DNA of 64,000 nt from Geosiphon pyriformis uo1 (GCA_016748015.1 JAAOMT010000470.1:153690-217689); one strand, 5' to 3'; counted from the first letter of the stretch, positions 47,058 to 61,699 are shown. Made by a program: numbers and translations. The notes: generated from the letters alone by a model not told the origin.

Positions 47058-49518
47058 TTATGAGTTTCTCTTTGAGGGTAGCTCCATTGAACAATAGGAC
47101 TTCTGAGAGTTCATTAATTTCAAAGAGAAATATAGTAACAAGTGACTCATCTTTCATAATGGTTACTGGTAAGATGTTGTTAGTAAGTATGGATTGTTGA
47201 TTGGACTCTGGGTTGTGGGATTGGGTGTTTTCTAAGGTAACCAGAAAACTTAAATAGTGTTGGGAATTCGAATTTTGGGTGGGCCCAATTCTCAAATTTT
47301 GTGACCGTAATCCTGTTAAATAGTGTGAAAAGCTAGGGATCAGTTAGTGAACAACCATTGCTGATCTTTAGTTTTAAGCAATTCTGGATCTCGGATTGCC
47401 TGATGTCATTTGAGCTGGGTTTTGGAGTAGTGTCTAAATTGGCTGTGGTTGATAAATTACTGGTGACTGCAGTTGATAGATTGTTTGGTGCTGTGGTTAA
47501 TAAATTGCTGGTGTCTGTGGTTGATAAATTGAAGGTACATATACTGGTGGTTAATAGATTGGCTGCTGTGTCATTGGCTGGTAAGTGGGTTGATATTGAT
47601 CTTGATTTGGGTAATGGTTCAGGAGGTTTGAAATTGGTGATCAGAGTTTCTGTATTGATTTTCTGATTGTGAGTTACTATACAAATGGCAATTGACTCAG
47701 ATATGGTCTTGTTTACTACAGTTGTAGCAGACATGCATCTTAGGCTGCCATGGCTGATTGGATGATAATGATGATCATAACTGATTTTGAAAATGATTTG
47801 TGTTTCCTGAATTATTGTGTTATTGTGGTGGTTGATAAATTGCCCAATTGTCAGCTAAGTATCTCTTTAATTTCTGATTGATTGAATTACTAAATTGTTT
47901 TAATTTGGAATCCAATTCAGATGATCTATTTATTACTAAATTAATGGCTTGGGTATGGTTGGCTTCTAATTTTGCTGTTTCAAAATCTCTGATGTTGATA
48001 ACTACAGCTTAAAGATCTGCTGAGTGTAATAGACATATGTATTGGAGAATGCTACTGCACAATCCTCTAATAAATTGATTAAGAATTTGTGGTGCTGTAA
48101 AATAGTCAGCTTGAATTGCCTGAATTTGGTGTAGGTTTCTATGGAAGCATCTTATATATGTAGTGACTGCTTCAGTTTCCCTTTGTTTCATGGTGGTGAA
48201 AGTGTTGACCAGGTAATTGATACTATTATTGTTACTAAAGTATCTCAAAAACTCTGTTTTGAATGTGTTAAAGGTGACCAGTTTGTTGATCAAGCTTTAA
48301 TACCAGGAATTGGCAGTGTCTTGTAAGAAGTATGGAATTGCTTGAAGTGCTCTGGCATTGTCTCAATTATTAGCAGTAATGACTTTTGTGACATCATTAA
48401 TTTATGCTTGGGCATCATCTTTTTTGCTGGTGAATTTTTTGAGTTTGGTGATTGAAGCATAGGCCATTAGATTCAAGTTTAATGGTTGTTGTGGTAACAG
48501 TTGAGATTGTTGCAGCTGTTAAAGTGGCTGTTGAGATTGTTAAAATGGTACTGGCAGTGGTTGGATTTACTGATCCAGTTGCTGTAATGGCTAACCAATT
48601 GGTTCAACTGGTTAATTAATTATGATTTCTGGAGGTACATGTTGTTGATTAATTAAATCAGAGTTTCAATTATTCTGATTTGGCGGTGTTTGAATATTTG
48701 GAGCTTTGATTTCTGGATTTTCTAAATTTGAATTTTGTGGAGTTTGACTGTTTGGAGTTTCAACTTCTGGGTTTTCTGGGATCAGGTTTTGGTAAGTAAA
48801 TTCCTGATCTTCTTCTTCTTTTTCTGATTTTGTTACTTCTCATGGGTCAAAAATTCCAAAATTGGATTGAGATGGCAGTGATTGATATCCTGATGATGTT
48901 GGTAATTGTGATTTAAATTCTTCAAAATATTCACTATATATTCCTAATAGATCTGTTTTCCTTTGTTTACTTTAAAATAGAAGTTGGCCAAACATTGATG
49001 TCATATTTGATGTGAATGCATCTACTGACATTATGTTGATGGCACTTCCAGATGTATAGTGATAGGATGAGTTGTTTGGTGATTCAACTCTGGTTTTCTT
49101 TCAAATAGGTGGTTGTATTTATTTTGGTGTTACAGCTGGTGTTTGTAATCTTCCTTTGTCTTTGTTTATGTAAGTGATGAGGAATTGTTGTTGGGTGTAC
49201 CTTTTAATGGTTTGGTTTATTTTTCTGATGATTGGTGTGAAACTGTAATTTCTTGGTAAGCTGATATGTTGAAACAATTCTGTATAGAAATTTTCTCTTG
49301 TGGATTCGATGTTAACTGTTTCTCCTAAGCAATCTGTGCTTTTGTCATTAATGTAGAAGTTAAAGGCTGATTCTGCTGAGAAATGGTTATTGTTTAATCC
49401 TAATTGTTGGCTGTACTATTGAAACAAAGATTTGGTGAATCCTAAATAGTTGGTTCTTATAATTTCTAATTCTGCTACTTTTGGAATAATTGTTGGTACT
49501 GTTCTCTATAGGATTATA
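47058..49518 (-). pseudogene. gag: E5 gag region
   Basis: MAYASITKL; track ORF 48009-48293 (capsid); decayed CCHC knuckle. Confidence 0.88.
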
Positions 49519-49537
49519 TCTTACAAGAAGCACCAAA

Positions 49538-50411
49538 TATTACAGGTGATTATTTGGTGTCTCAAAGCAAATAACAAACCTGTAACTTGGTGCTCAATTA
49601 ATATACTGATGTTAATTACTGAAGGTGGTTTGTATCTGAAGGTGTTAGTTGAGTTCTTTGTATAATGGACAGAGAGTTAATAGTTGTTTTCAGTAGCCTT
49701 TTGGAATCACAATTCTATCAATTTTTTTCTCGGCTTGGTGGCCAGCAATCCTCTGGTAAGTAATCTGTAATTCTTGTACATGTTCTACCCACTTGCAGGA
49801 GTCTTTTACCAAGCAATTCTTGATGTCAATAATTCAGTGCTTAATCCTTAATCAATTTAGTAAACCACAAAAAAAGATAAAAATAAAACAAATAAAAAAA
49901 AACAAAAAAAATAAAGAAATAAGCCAAGGCAATTTTGTTAAAGTTAGTATTTTGTTAATAGTCATGATCAAGAGCTATTGTTCCAGTATAATTAAGTATG
50001 AATTTCTATCAACATAAAGTGTTGATAGTGGAAAGTAGATTGAGATAGTAAATAATTATTTATTGATATTTGTGATATAGAAGATTGCTTAGATTAAATC
50101 TAAACTGAGAGGTCTCTAACTAAAGGATTCTGCTTTTTTCTACTTCTATCACTATTGCTATATATACATAATTGAGATTCCTCAATTCCTTAATTTTTTA
50201 CACCAGAAATCTTAAAATTTCTGGAATCCTACAATTTCTTTAGAAGGAATCTTGCAATTCTGGAATCTTGCAATTCCTTGTACAAGAATTCTGAAATTTT
50301 TGGAATCCTGCAATTCCTCTTAAGAGGAATCCTGAAATTCCACATTTACTATGGTTACTTCTGATTGGTTAATTTATGTGCTAATATATTTCCTATGTTC
50401 TATGAATAATA
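49538..50411 (-). repeat. E5 5' LTR
   Basis: Adjacent to degenerate PBS; 874 bp. Confidence 0.93.
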
Positions 50412-50415
50412 CTGG

Positions 50416-51055
50416 CAATTCTTTAGTAAGTAATTCTTAATTTTAAGTGGCTATTCTCTCACAGGAGTTTTTTACCAGACAATTCTTGACATTAATAACT
50501 CAGTGCTTAATCCTTAATTAATTAGTAACAACAAAGAAATAAAATACAAAAGAAAATTTAAAGAAAATAAAATGTAAGCCAAGACAAGTAACATTAGTAT
50601 TCTGTTAATAGCCATAATCAAGAGCTATTATTCTAGTATAATCAAGTATTTAATACTATCAATATAAAGTTTTAATAATAAGAAAAGTGATTTAGATCAT
50701 AATAATTATTTATTGATATTGATAATTATAATAAAGATATGATAATAGGAAGGTATTGGTAATTTCTAAATTATTCTTTTCTGCTTTTAATGCTCTTGTT
50801 ATATATACATAATTTAGATTTTATAAGATTGTTTACATTCTTGAGAGATATGTTATAATTTTTTGAGCAATGCTCATATTGCTGAGTGATGTGCCTTAAT
50901 CTTCTAAAATTGCTCTATATTGCTAAGCAATGTGCCATAATTTCTGATATTGCTCCATATTGCTGAGCAATATGCTTATGTGTTAACTACTATTTTTTTA
51001 TTGGTCTATCTGTTTTCCTCCTATTTTCTTTTATATATTTTTTTTATGAGTAATA
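50416..51055 (-). repeat. E4 3' LTR, U3-side half, with ~40-nt ATTGCTnAGCAAT repeats
   Basis: Continues 30261-30468; ends GAGTAATA next to the PPT. Confidence 0.9.
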
Positions 51056-51068
51056 TTATCTCCTCCTT

Positions 51069-51700
51069 TTAATATTGAGTTCTGTCAAAATCTTCACTTT
51101 GAATTAAGTCTAATACTTTTTTTTTAATATTGTTTGTTTAACTTTGTTTCTTATATTTTTGATTTACATGTTGTTTATTTTTTCCCATTGGTTAATAGTA
51201 ATTGTTTCTATGTTAGAATGTAACAATATTTCTGGGTAATTTTGAAATATTGTGTGTAGTCAATAGATTGTTCTAATGTGCAGTAATAGATTTCTTTTCT
51301 TCTTGATAATATTTTCAATATTCTGTATTGTTTCTTAATTAAATATTCTTTTGGCTTTATCAAAATATAATTTCTGAATGTTTAACTTTTGTCCCAACTG
51401 ATAGTAGTAATATGGTATTGGAAATTGTTCTGTCCATTATTTTTAATTATCTTTTGAAAGTTCTTTTGTTGAAACCATGATGGGTATTTTTCTAAAAATG
51501 TTTTTTACTTTCTCTACTATTTTGTTTAACCAGTTTTTTAATTGTTTTTGTGGTTACTAATATGGTGTACTTTTTTTTTGTTTAGTGTCTTGATAACAGA
51601 TTGTTTGGTAATTGATGACAATTTCTATGTTTAATTGTTGCTGACTTAAGGCCTGAAACAATTGTTGAACTAAGGTGTAAATATGATATGGTATTTCTAT
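51069..51700 (-). pseudogene. E4 ORF3, divergent type
   Basis: IEIPYHIYTLVQQLFQ...QFPIPYYYYQLGQKLNIQKLY...PEILLHS; homologous but far more diverged than the E4 integrase. Confidence 0.78.
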
Positions 51701-51754
51701 TTTTTTTGTTGCTTTTGTCACATATTCTGTGTCTTTATATACTCTTTTGGTTGT

Positions 51755-53142
51755 TCAATTTGATGTGTTTGGTTCAATAATTATAATTGGTTCTGGGTCT
51801 TGTAGAATCTTATCTGGTTGGACTAGTATTCATTGTACTTTCAGTTGTGGAATATTATTGGTGGATGATGATACTATATAGTGATATGGTTTCAATCAAT
51901 CACTATGTGCTGCTTTGGCTAAGATTTTGTTGTTCCATCTTAATTTATAAGCTTCATTTCCTAGAATTTTTTCTATGTGAAATGGTCTGTTTCATTTGGG
52001 ATCAAATTTTCTACTTTATTGTTTTTCTGCTTTGGTATGATGTAAAAGTATTTTGTCTTCAATTCTGAATTCAATTGGTTTATTTGATAGTTGGTTATTA
52101 TGTCTTTTTTTTTGTTTTTCTTGTGATTTTTAAATATTATCAGCTGCTCTTTGCTGTTTGTTTTCTAGTGTTTTGATTAAGTCATATGTTCTTTTCAATA
52201 ATATTTCTTGGAAATTGTCTTCTGTTATTGGTTTAGTTGAATATGTGCTAATTTTTATTTCCACTGGTACTGTTGCTGTTTTACAGTATACTAATTCAAA
52301 TGATATTGCTTGTGTAGTATTTTGCTTTATTGTCTAATAAGCAAATAATATTGATGATATAAACAAATCTCATTCATCTTAATTTTTTTGGCTAATTTTG
52401 GCAATTGCTTCACATAATGTTCTATTGAATCTTTCAACTAAGCCATTGGTTTATGGATAATATAGTAATGATAATAGTCTTTTTATTCCAAATTTTTGAC
52501 TTAATTCTATTAATATTCTATTTATAAAGTAAGTTTCTTAATCAGATAGTAATTTTTTTGGGCATTTGTGTCGACAAATTAGATCTTGATGAACAAATTT
52601 AGCTATAAATTTTGCATCTGCTTTTTAAATGGCTTTTGCTTCTGGCCACTTAGTAAGATAATCCATGATTACTGCAATATATCTGTTTCCTCTGCTGGTT
52701 ATTGTTAATGGTCTGACTAAGTCAATTCCAATGCAATCAAATAGTTGTTCTACTTTGATTGATTTCAATAGTTCACTGGGTTTTATTCTTCTTTTTCTTC
52801 TTCTTTAACAAACATCACAATTTTGAACATATTGAATAATATCTGGATACATAGATGGTCAATAGTATCTTTTTCTGGTTTTTTCCATAGTTGCTTCTTT
52901 ATAGAAATGTTCTGCTATTGAATCTGAGTGCATATTGAATAGTATTGTTTTTTCTCTGGTTCTGTGATTACTCTGAGTAGTTGGTCTGGATCCTTCTTGT
53001 TTTTCCGATATAATATATTTTAATAAGTGATAAAATATTTGGATTGTTGTTTTATGTTGTTTTATTTTTTTGGAGATAATTTCTCTTTGAACTGCTGGAT
53101 ACTAATATAGTATTGGAGTTGTTGATATTTTTGTGTATTCAT
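51755..53142 (-). pseudogene. E4 integrase (separate ORF)
   Basis: ATG at 53142; GIDLVRPL, YLTKWPEAK, PXTNGLVERFNRTL. Confidence 0.9.
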
Positions 53143-53171
53143 CTTTTGTTATATTTTGGGTTAAAATAGTT

Positions 53172-56100
53172 TTAGATTTGTCTTATTCATGACAAACTAT
53201 CAGTATTTCCATTTTTTTTTGTAATATACTGTATAATTAAATAGTAAATATTCTATTTTTCATCTAGTATGACAATTATCTCCAAATTTTTGCTTCTGAA
53301 TTGAAGTCAATTCTTTATGGTTAGTGTATATGTCAAATTTTTGGCTTAAGTATTTCTTCTATTTCATAACTGCCTAATAAATTGTTAAGTGTTTTAGTGC
53401 TGGTATTCTATAGTTTTTTTCTGCTGAACTTAAGCTGCAACTAGCATATACTACTGGATGTTCTCTTCCATCCAGTCTTTTTTGAGATAGTACTGCTTCC
53501 AATGCTTGATCTGATGCATCAGTTGTAATTATGAATAGCTTGTTATGATCTGAATAGATTAGTACTGGAGCTTGAATAAGCTTTTTTCTTAATGTATTAA
53601 AAGCTTTTTGCTAGTTTTCTGTCCATTCATATTTGGTGTTCTTTGTTTGGAACTGGTATAATGGCTGAGCCAGTTTGGAAAAGTCTTTAATGAATCAGTA
53701 ATAGTAACTCACAAATCATAAGAATGCTTGTAATTCAGTCAAGTTGGTTGGTATTGAGAAGTTTTTAACTATCTTAATTTTGTCTGAATCTGTCTTGATT
53801 CCATTTTTGCTCACAACATGTCCCAAAAATTTTAATTCTGTTTTGCCAAAGAAGCATTTGGTGACATTTAACTTTAATTTGGCTCTTCTTAGTCTTTTAA
53901 ATACTTGTTGAAAATAATGTAAATGATTATTGAATGTCTTGGAGAACACATTGGTATCATCTAAATAAACAACTATTAACTTCCACAGTAGTCTAGTGTA
54001 GACAATTTCTATAAGCCATTGAAATGTGGCTAGAGTATTTATTAAGCCAAAAGACATAACTTCAAATTCAAAATTTCTTTTTCGGTTTGTAAAAGCTATT
54101 TTCTTCTTATCTTCTGGTTTTATGGCTACTTGTCAGTAACCATTGTCTAAATCTAAAGTTAAAAACCATTTTTTTTTTCAAAAACATTGAAAAGTTTTTG
54201 GATTTTTGGGTTTGAATAGCTATCTCTCTTTGTTACTCTATTAAGTTTTTGGTAATCTACACAAAAGTGAATTTTTCCATTCTTTTTATAGACTAGTACT
54301 ATTGATAATAATCATGGACTCATTAATAATTGGATTAATTCATTATTTAACATCTGATTGATTTCTTGTTAAATAATTTTATAGTTTGTTGGTGGTATTT
54401 GGTATGTTCTCTGTTTAATTGTCATTGCATCTTTAGTTTTGCCAAATTTATTTTTACTGGCAAAAATGTCATTGAAGTTGTTGAGTAATATCTTAAGCTA
54501 CATACATTGTAGTGAGTCTAAATTTTCTAAGTTCATCTGTTCTAATTGTTCTGATTGGAGCAGATAACATTCTTCTCATTCATATATTGTTTATAATATA
54601 ATATCTATATATCTACATAGTTGTAGAAAGTCTAAAATAGAGTTTGGTGGTTGTTTTTCAACCTTAGTGCTTAAATATCTGATGGTAGTTCCTTTTGGTA
54701 TCTTAATAACATTTTCTGTTGTGTTGTAGATGGGAATTTTGATATGTTTCAGGCTTTTGGCTAATATATAAAGATTGGTAAGTTTAATTTTTTCTGATTC
54801 ATAAATAATAGTTTTCACTTCAAAAATTTGAGCTTAATTTTTTACTCTTTTTTTTATGGCTAACATGTATTGGTTATATGACAGAATAAAAATTAATTGA
54901 CAGGTGAAGATAATTTCTTTTTTGTTAAAAATCTTTTCCTCTACTATATTGACTGGTATATCTATTTTACCTATGAATCTAAATCTACTAATTTCTTTAG
55001 CTGTAATTCCTAATTTTTTTCTGTTTCCCACTGATACTAATTGAGCTATTTTAACCAAAAACAAAAATATTGTCTGTGCTATTTTTTTGTTTGGTTCTAT
55101 AATATAAGCCTTTTCTGAGTCATTTTGTAATATTGTAATGATATTTCTCATATATCTTGCCTTAATTATTCTTCTTCTGATATTGATTTCTTTTTTTGCT
55201 AAACTACTCTTAAATGCTAATTAAACTATTATTGTTTCTGGGATTTTTAATGTTACTTTGAAATCAATGCAGATGTGTAAATATGGTTCCAATTTGATGG
55301 TTTTTTTTCCCAGATATCTTAAATCAAACTTTGTATCAATATTATGTGTGCATTCTGGCATGATATCTTTATTATTATTGCTAAATCATTTAAGTTCTTG
55401 CTCTTTGGTGAAATCAAGAAGTGCAATATATTGTTCTGGGTTTAAATTAAAGTCCAAACTATTGTTATTTTTATTGCCATTTTAAACAAAGCTGGAACTA
55501 TTGTTTTTGTCATTATCATTTTCAAAGTTTGAATCAAGATTGAACTGTAATTTCGATTCTAATATACAATTACTGATTAGTTTTTTCTCTTTAGGAATCG
55601 TGTAGATTATGTACATCAGTGGATTGTAAATGAGATCACATTCATTACAATATTAGAAGTCATATGGAATTAAATAGTGGCTACATAATAAAGTGTTTAA
55701 TTGCTCTAAACATTGTTCTTGTTTCTCTCTAGTGGGTGCTAATTCTTGGTAGTGTTTATGGAATTGTTCTGAGTCTATAGAGTCTAGGACAATATTTGGA
55801 TTTGGGCTCCAATTGAGTTTTATGGGTTTTGGTAAGTTGTTTTTAATTGTTTTTATTTCTTTTGGTAATGCTTTTTCAATTTTGACAAGTGCTATTCACC
55901 ATATTTTATCATTATCATGTAGACATCTGTCCAAACATTTTACTGCTCTTCTCTATACTGCTTCTATTGATGTTTTTTTTCTTATCTAATTACTTATTAA
56001 AATCATGTATTGGCACAATTTTTTACACATTTCTCCTTACTCTGGAATGTTATTTTACATTCCTTCATCTAAAAGAGTTTTTTTACATACAAGACATGAT

Positions 56101-58704
56101 TCATTATCCCACTTTTCTTGTTATTTAGGTTATCCAAAACACTCTAGAATACATGATTGGCAATAAAACTTTGTTGCTGTTGTTCATTCCTTGTTATTAT
56201 CATAGCATGCCATAATTAATGCAAATAAGTTTTGGTTGATAATAGTTTAACTGAGTTTGTGGTATATAAGTGTATGGTATATATGTAAAGGTAGTGGCTT
56301 GAATTGGTTTTTCTTCTTTCTTCTTGCCTTTTCCTTTTTCTTTTTCTTCCCAGATAAAAATTAATGGTAGTTTATTATGATTGTTATTGGCTTATGAGAC
56401 TTGATAGGCTTCCCAAGTAGGTTTGTTTACTTTTTTTTTGATATTAATTAGTGATGCTGGTGTAGTCATAGGTTTAAAGTAACTACAAGTTGCTGGTATA
56501 CATATGTGTTGGTTATTTTGGCTAAGTTGCAATTCTTGAATCTTCTAGTTAAGCACAGTGTTTGTCTTGGACAGCCAATTATTACTAACTAAAACTTGGT
56601 ACTAAGTGGCTTTTATTACCAATACTTTGATGGGGACAATAATACCATTGACTTTAAAAGAGAAGTTGTCAATTTTGCCAATAGAAGTTTTGATTGGCCC
56701 ATCAGCTGTAATAATCCTGATGCTTACCACATGATTAACTTGGTGATCTAATTGGTTTATGAGTTGTCATGTGATAATACTGCCTGCTAAACTGCTGTTC
56801 AAAATCAGTTTGATTGACTGACCATTGATTTTGGCATTAGTGTATATTGTGGTGATAAGTTTGGCATCAAGGGTGGCTTTATTAAAAAGAAATGTTACAG
56901 TTGGTTCTTCAATTTTGAAAGGAAAAATGACTGTTAGTAATTTGTTGTTGATAACTATTGTTGATAAAATATTGCTGGTAAGTGGTTTTTGGTTTGTTTT
57001 CTAATTGTTGGTTTGGGTGGTTTTGGGAGTCACAAGAAGGCTTAAATAGTTCTGAGAATTCAGGTTTTGGACATATTTAGTTCCCAAATTCCTTGGATGC
57101 AATCCTGAAGGTTGTTAAGATGTACTAGGAATTGGTTGATGAACAATCATTGCCAATCTCCAATTTTGCTAAACAGTTCTCAGTCTTTGATTTCTATTGG
57201 GCACAGTTATTGGTGATGGTGTTTGAATGGTTTGTAGTTGATACATCACTGATAACTGTGGTGGTTAATATATTATAGGTGTTATTAGTTGATAAATTAG
57301 AAGTATGTACATTGGTTGTTGTGTCATTGGAATGTAATTGAATTGATATTGATCTTGATTTGGATAATAACTTGGAGTTTGAAATCTGCAATCAGAGTTT
57401 TGATATTAATTTTCTGATCATAAATTATTGTTATAAACTCTGCAGCTGGCTCTAATATAATCTTGTTTATCACAATTATAGCAAACATGCATCTTTGGTT
57501 GTTATGGTTAATTGGTTGATGATGATAAACATGTTTGATTTTGGAAATAATTTGAGTTTTCTGAATTATTATGTTATTGTGATGATTGATAGATTGTCTG
57601 ATTGTTAGCTAAATACCCTTCTAATTTCTGATTAATTGAATTACTGAATTGTTTCAATTTGGAATCCAAGTCAGATAATCTGTTTATTACTAGATTCACA
57701 GCTTGGATGTAGTTGGCTTTGAGTTCTGCAGCTTTAAAATCTCTGGCATGAGTAATGGCTGCTTGAAGGTTGGCTGGATGTAGTGAACATATATGTTGCA
57801 GAATGCTGCTGTATAATTTACAAATGAATTAATTCAAGATTTGGGCTATGGTGAAATAATTGGCATTAATGGCTTGGATTTGGCACAAGTTTCTGTGGAA
57901 ATGTCTTAGGTAAGTAGTGACTGCTTCAGTTTCTTCTTGCTTGATGATGGCAAAGGCATTGGCTAAATAATTAATACTATTATTGTTGCTAAAATATCAT
58001 AGAAACTCAAGCTTAAATGCATTAAAATCTTGAAGTTTGTTGACTAAACTTTGATATTACAAGTTGGTAGTATCCTGAAGGAAATATGAGATGGTTTGAA
58101 GTGCTTTGGCATTGTTCCATCTATTGGCTGTGATGGCTTTTTCTATATTATTTAGTCATACTTGCACATCATCTTCTTTGCCAGTGAATTTTTTGATTTT
58201 GGCAATTGGTACATATGTTATTAATTGTTGTTATGATAGTTATTGAAGTGGTTGTTGTGGTTGTTATTAAGGTAATACTTGCAACTATTAAATTGATTCA
58301 GTAATTGGTTCAATTAGTGACTAATTGATTACAATTACTGAAAATAAGTATTGCTAATTAATAATGTTAGAATTGAGATTGTTCTGATTTTTTAAAGTTA
58401 AAACACTCAAAGTTTGGTTTTCCAGATTTTCTGAGATTGGATTTTTAGTATTAATTCCTTAATTGCTATTTTTTTCTTCAGAGTCAGTTAATTTTTAAGG
58501 ACTGATGACTCTAAAATTTGGTAGTGGTGGTGGTGATTGAACTCCTAATAGCATTGGAAATTATGAGTTAAATCCCTTAAAATAATTACCATATGTTTCT
58601 AATAACTTTGCTTTCTTTTGTTTACTTTGGAATGGAATTCTGTTTAGTGGTGTTGTTATGCTTACTGTAGATGTGTCTATTATATTAATAGTGCTTCTAG
58701 GTGT
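53172..58704 (-). pseudogene. E4 ORF1 (gag-PR-Cys-rich-dUTPase-RT-RNase H), N-terminus cut by E7
   Basis: RT YLDD in 53716-54057; dUTPase 54834-55360; protease about 56490-56850; gag about 57440-58220. Confidence 0.9.
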
Positions 58705-59554
58705 TGTTACAGTTGATTAATTGAGGTCTCAAATCCAATAACAAACTTGTAACTTGGTGCTCAAAAAGCTATTTCCATTAATGATATTCTGAAAGTATTG
58801 TATCTAAAGATTTTGATGGAGTCTTTTGTATAATGAACAGAGATTCAATAGTTGTTTTATCCATAGCTTCCCAGACTCGCAAGTCTGTCAATTCTTTTCT
58901 CAGCTTGGTGGCTGGCAATCCTCTGGTAAGTAATCTGTATTTTCTGTACATGTCCTACCCACTCGCAGGAGTCTTTTACCAGGCAATCCTTGATATCAGT
59001 AATCAGCACTTTTAATCAATTGGTTAGTGCACAATAACAAAATCACAGAAAAATAAAAAAAATAAAGAAATCTAAAGAAATAAGCCAAGGCAATTTACAG
59101 ATTAGTATCCCGTCAATAGCTGTGATCAAGAGCTATTGTTCCAGTATGGTTAAGTATCAATTACTATCAACATAAAGTGTTAATAGTGGGGAGTGGATTG
59201 AGATATGAAATAATTATTTATTTGATGATTGTGTTTCTAGGCTAAGGATTCAGTAGTATCAATTCTGTCTTTTCTGTTTCTAACACTACTGCTATATATA
59301 CATATTTGAGATTCCTCAATTCCTCAATTCCTTGTGACAGAAATCTTGGAATTCCTGGAATCCTGCGATTTCTGATGAAAAAAATCCTGGAATTCTGGAA
59401 TCCTGCGATTTCTTGTTGAGGAATCCTGAAATTTCTGGAATCCTGCAATTTCTCTAAAAGGAATCCTGGAATTCCACATTTACTATGTCTACCTCTGATT
59501 GGCTAATATCTACTGACTAATAATACTATATTTTCCTATATTCTATGAGTAACA
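58705..59554 (-). repeat. E7 3' LTR
   Basis: TGTTACAG...GAGTAACA; family A core motifs. Confidence 0.94.
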
Positions 59555-59568
59555 TTATTCCTTTCTTT

Positions 59569-60198
59569 TTAATATTGAGCTCCGTCAAAATCTAATTCCT
59601 TTAATTCTCCCTCTTGAATTATTTCTTGAACTTCTTTTTCGAGTATTACTTGTGTTATTTGACTTTCTAATTCTTCAAATTGGGTGTTGGTCATTTTTCC
59701 CAATTGATTATTTGTAACTGTATCCATTGCTGTGTTGAGTAAAATTTCTGGTTAGTCTTAAAATCTCATATATAGCCGATAAATGCCTTAAGCTTGTGTG
59801 GTTAGATTGTTCTTTCCCACAAATTGTTCCAGTTGTCTCAGTATTGTTGTGTTAAATAACCATTTTGTTTTGTTGGTGTACAAATTCTGGATATTTATGT
59901 ATTGTCACAAATGGAAATGACAATAGTTTTTCGGAAATTGTTGTGTCCACCAAGTCCAATTTTCTCTAGTAAGTTCTTGGTGTAGTCCGACTATTTGTTG
60001 TTCTTTTATGGCCAATTTTATCTTGGTTATGATCTTGTCAACAACATTTTCAAGTCTTTTCTGTACTTTGTGTTGTGGTATCTTTGCCATATTTTTGTAA
60101 TGAATGGTTTGTTGATTGATTGTAATTTCTATTTCCTGGTGTTAGATTAATTGAAAAATTTGTTGGACTAGTGAATGGATATTGTCCATAATTTCTAT
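59569..60198 (-). pseudogene. E7 ORF3
   Basis: 630 nt; track ORF 59905-60090 (NWTWWTQQFPKNYCHFHL). Confidence 0.85.
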
Positions 60199-60252
60199 TT
60201 TTCTGATCTTTTCTGTCATGTCAACTATGTTTCTTATATATTCTTTTGTCAA

Positions 60253-61635
60253 TCAATTGGACGTGTTGTTGTTGATGATAATGATTGGTTCCAGATCTCA
60301 TGGAATCTCATCTGGTTGGACTAGTATTCTCTGTACTCCCAATTGTAGAATATTATTGGTAGATGCTGATGCTATCTGGTGATATGGTTTCAGTCAATCA
60401 CTATGTGCTGCTTTGGCTAAGATTCTGTTGTCCAGTCTTAATTTGTAAGCTCTATTTTTTAAAATTTCTTCTATGTAAAATGGTTTGTTCTATTTGGGAT
60501 TAAATTTTCCACTCTATTGTTTTTCTGCTTTGGTATGATGTAGTAATACTTTGTCTCCAATTTTAAATTCAACTGGTTTGTCTGGTAGTTGACTATCATG
60601 TCTTTTTTTCTGTTTTTCTTGTGACTTTTGAATATTATTAGCTGCTCTTCTTCATTTGTTTTCCAATGTTTCCATTAAGTCATATGTTCTTTTCAGCAAT
60701 GTTTCTTGAAAATTCTCTTCTGTTATTGGTTCAGCTAAATATGTATTAATTTCTCTCTTTACTGATAATGTTGCTGTTCTCCCATACACTAATTTAAATG
60801 GTGTTGCTTGTGTAGTATCTTGTTTCATTGTCCAATAAGCAAATAGTACTGATGGTATGAACAAATCCCAATCATTCTGGTTTTCTTGGCTGAGCTTAGC
60901 TATTGCTTTACACAATGTTCTGTTAAATCTTTTGACCAATCCGTTGGTTTGTGGATGGTATGGTGATGATAATGGTTTCTTAATTCCGAATCTTTGGCTC
61001 AATTCTGTTAATGTTCTGTTCACAAAATGAGTTCCTTGGTCTGATAATAATTCTTTTGGACATCCATGTTGACAAATCAAATTCTGATGAACAAATTTGG
61101 CAACGGATTCTGCATTTGCTCTTTGAATTGCTTTTGCCTCTGGCCATTTAGTGAGATAGTCCATAGCTACTACTATGTATCTGTTTCCTCTGCTGGTGAT
61201 TGTTAATGGTCTGACTAAATCAATTCCAATATGGTCGAATGGTTGTCCCACTTTGATTGGTCTTAATGGTTCACTGGGTCTTGTTCCTCCTTTTCACTGA
61301 CAAGCATCATAATTTTGAACATATTGAATGATGTCTGGATACATTGATGGCCAATAGTATTTCTTTCTGGTTCTTTCTATGGTTGCTTCTTTGTGAAAAT
61401 GTCCTGCTGTTAGATTTAAGTGCATGTTGAATAATATGGTCTCTTTTTTTAGCTCTGTAATTACTCTGGTTGGTTGATCTGGATCCCTTCTATTTTTTTG
61501 ATAAAGTATATTTTGGTGAGTGATAAAATATTTTGATTGTTGTTTGATACTCTTTCGTTCCATTTGAGATAAATTCTTCTTGAACTGTTGAATAGTTATA
61601 TAATGTTGAAGTTGTTGATATTTTTGTATGTTCAT
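60253..61635 (-). pseudogene. E7 integrase (separate ORF)
   Basis: Track ORFs 61294-61635 (MNIQKYQQL, HHCC) and 60652-61251 (DDE core). Confidence 0.95.
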
Positions 61636-61699
61636 CTTTTGTTGTATTTTTTGTTAGTATTGTTCTGGTTTTTGTTATATTTTTGGATTTGAAATGTTG

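Larger units (their letters stand above)
30469..50411 (-). mobile_element. E5: full-length Ty3/Gypsy element, family A, inserted in the E4 LTR; contains E6
   Basis: LTRs 30469-31288 and 49538-50411; TSD CTGG at 30465-30468 and 50412-50415; PBS 49519-49535; PPT 31289-31304. Confidence 0.95.
30261..58704 (-). mobile_element. E4: Ty3/Gypsy element, family A variant with different U3 and ORF3; 3' LTR split by E5; gag interrupted by E7; 5' end beyond the window
   Basis: 3' LTR halves 30261-30468 and 50416-51055 rejoin over TSD CTGG; PPT 51056-51070; internal domains 51069-58704. Confidence 0.92.
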
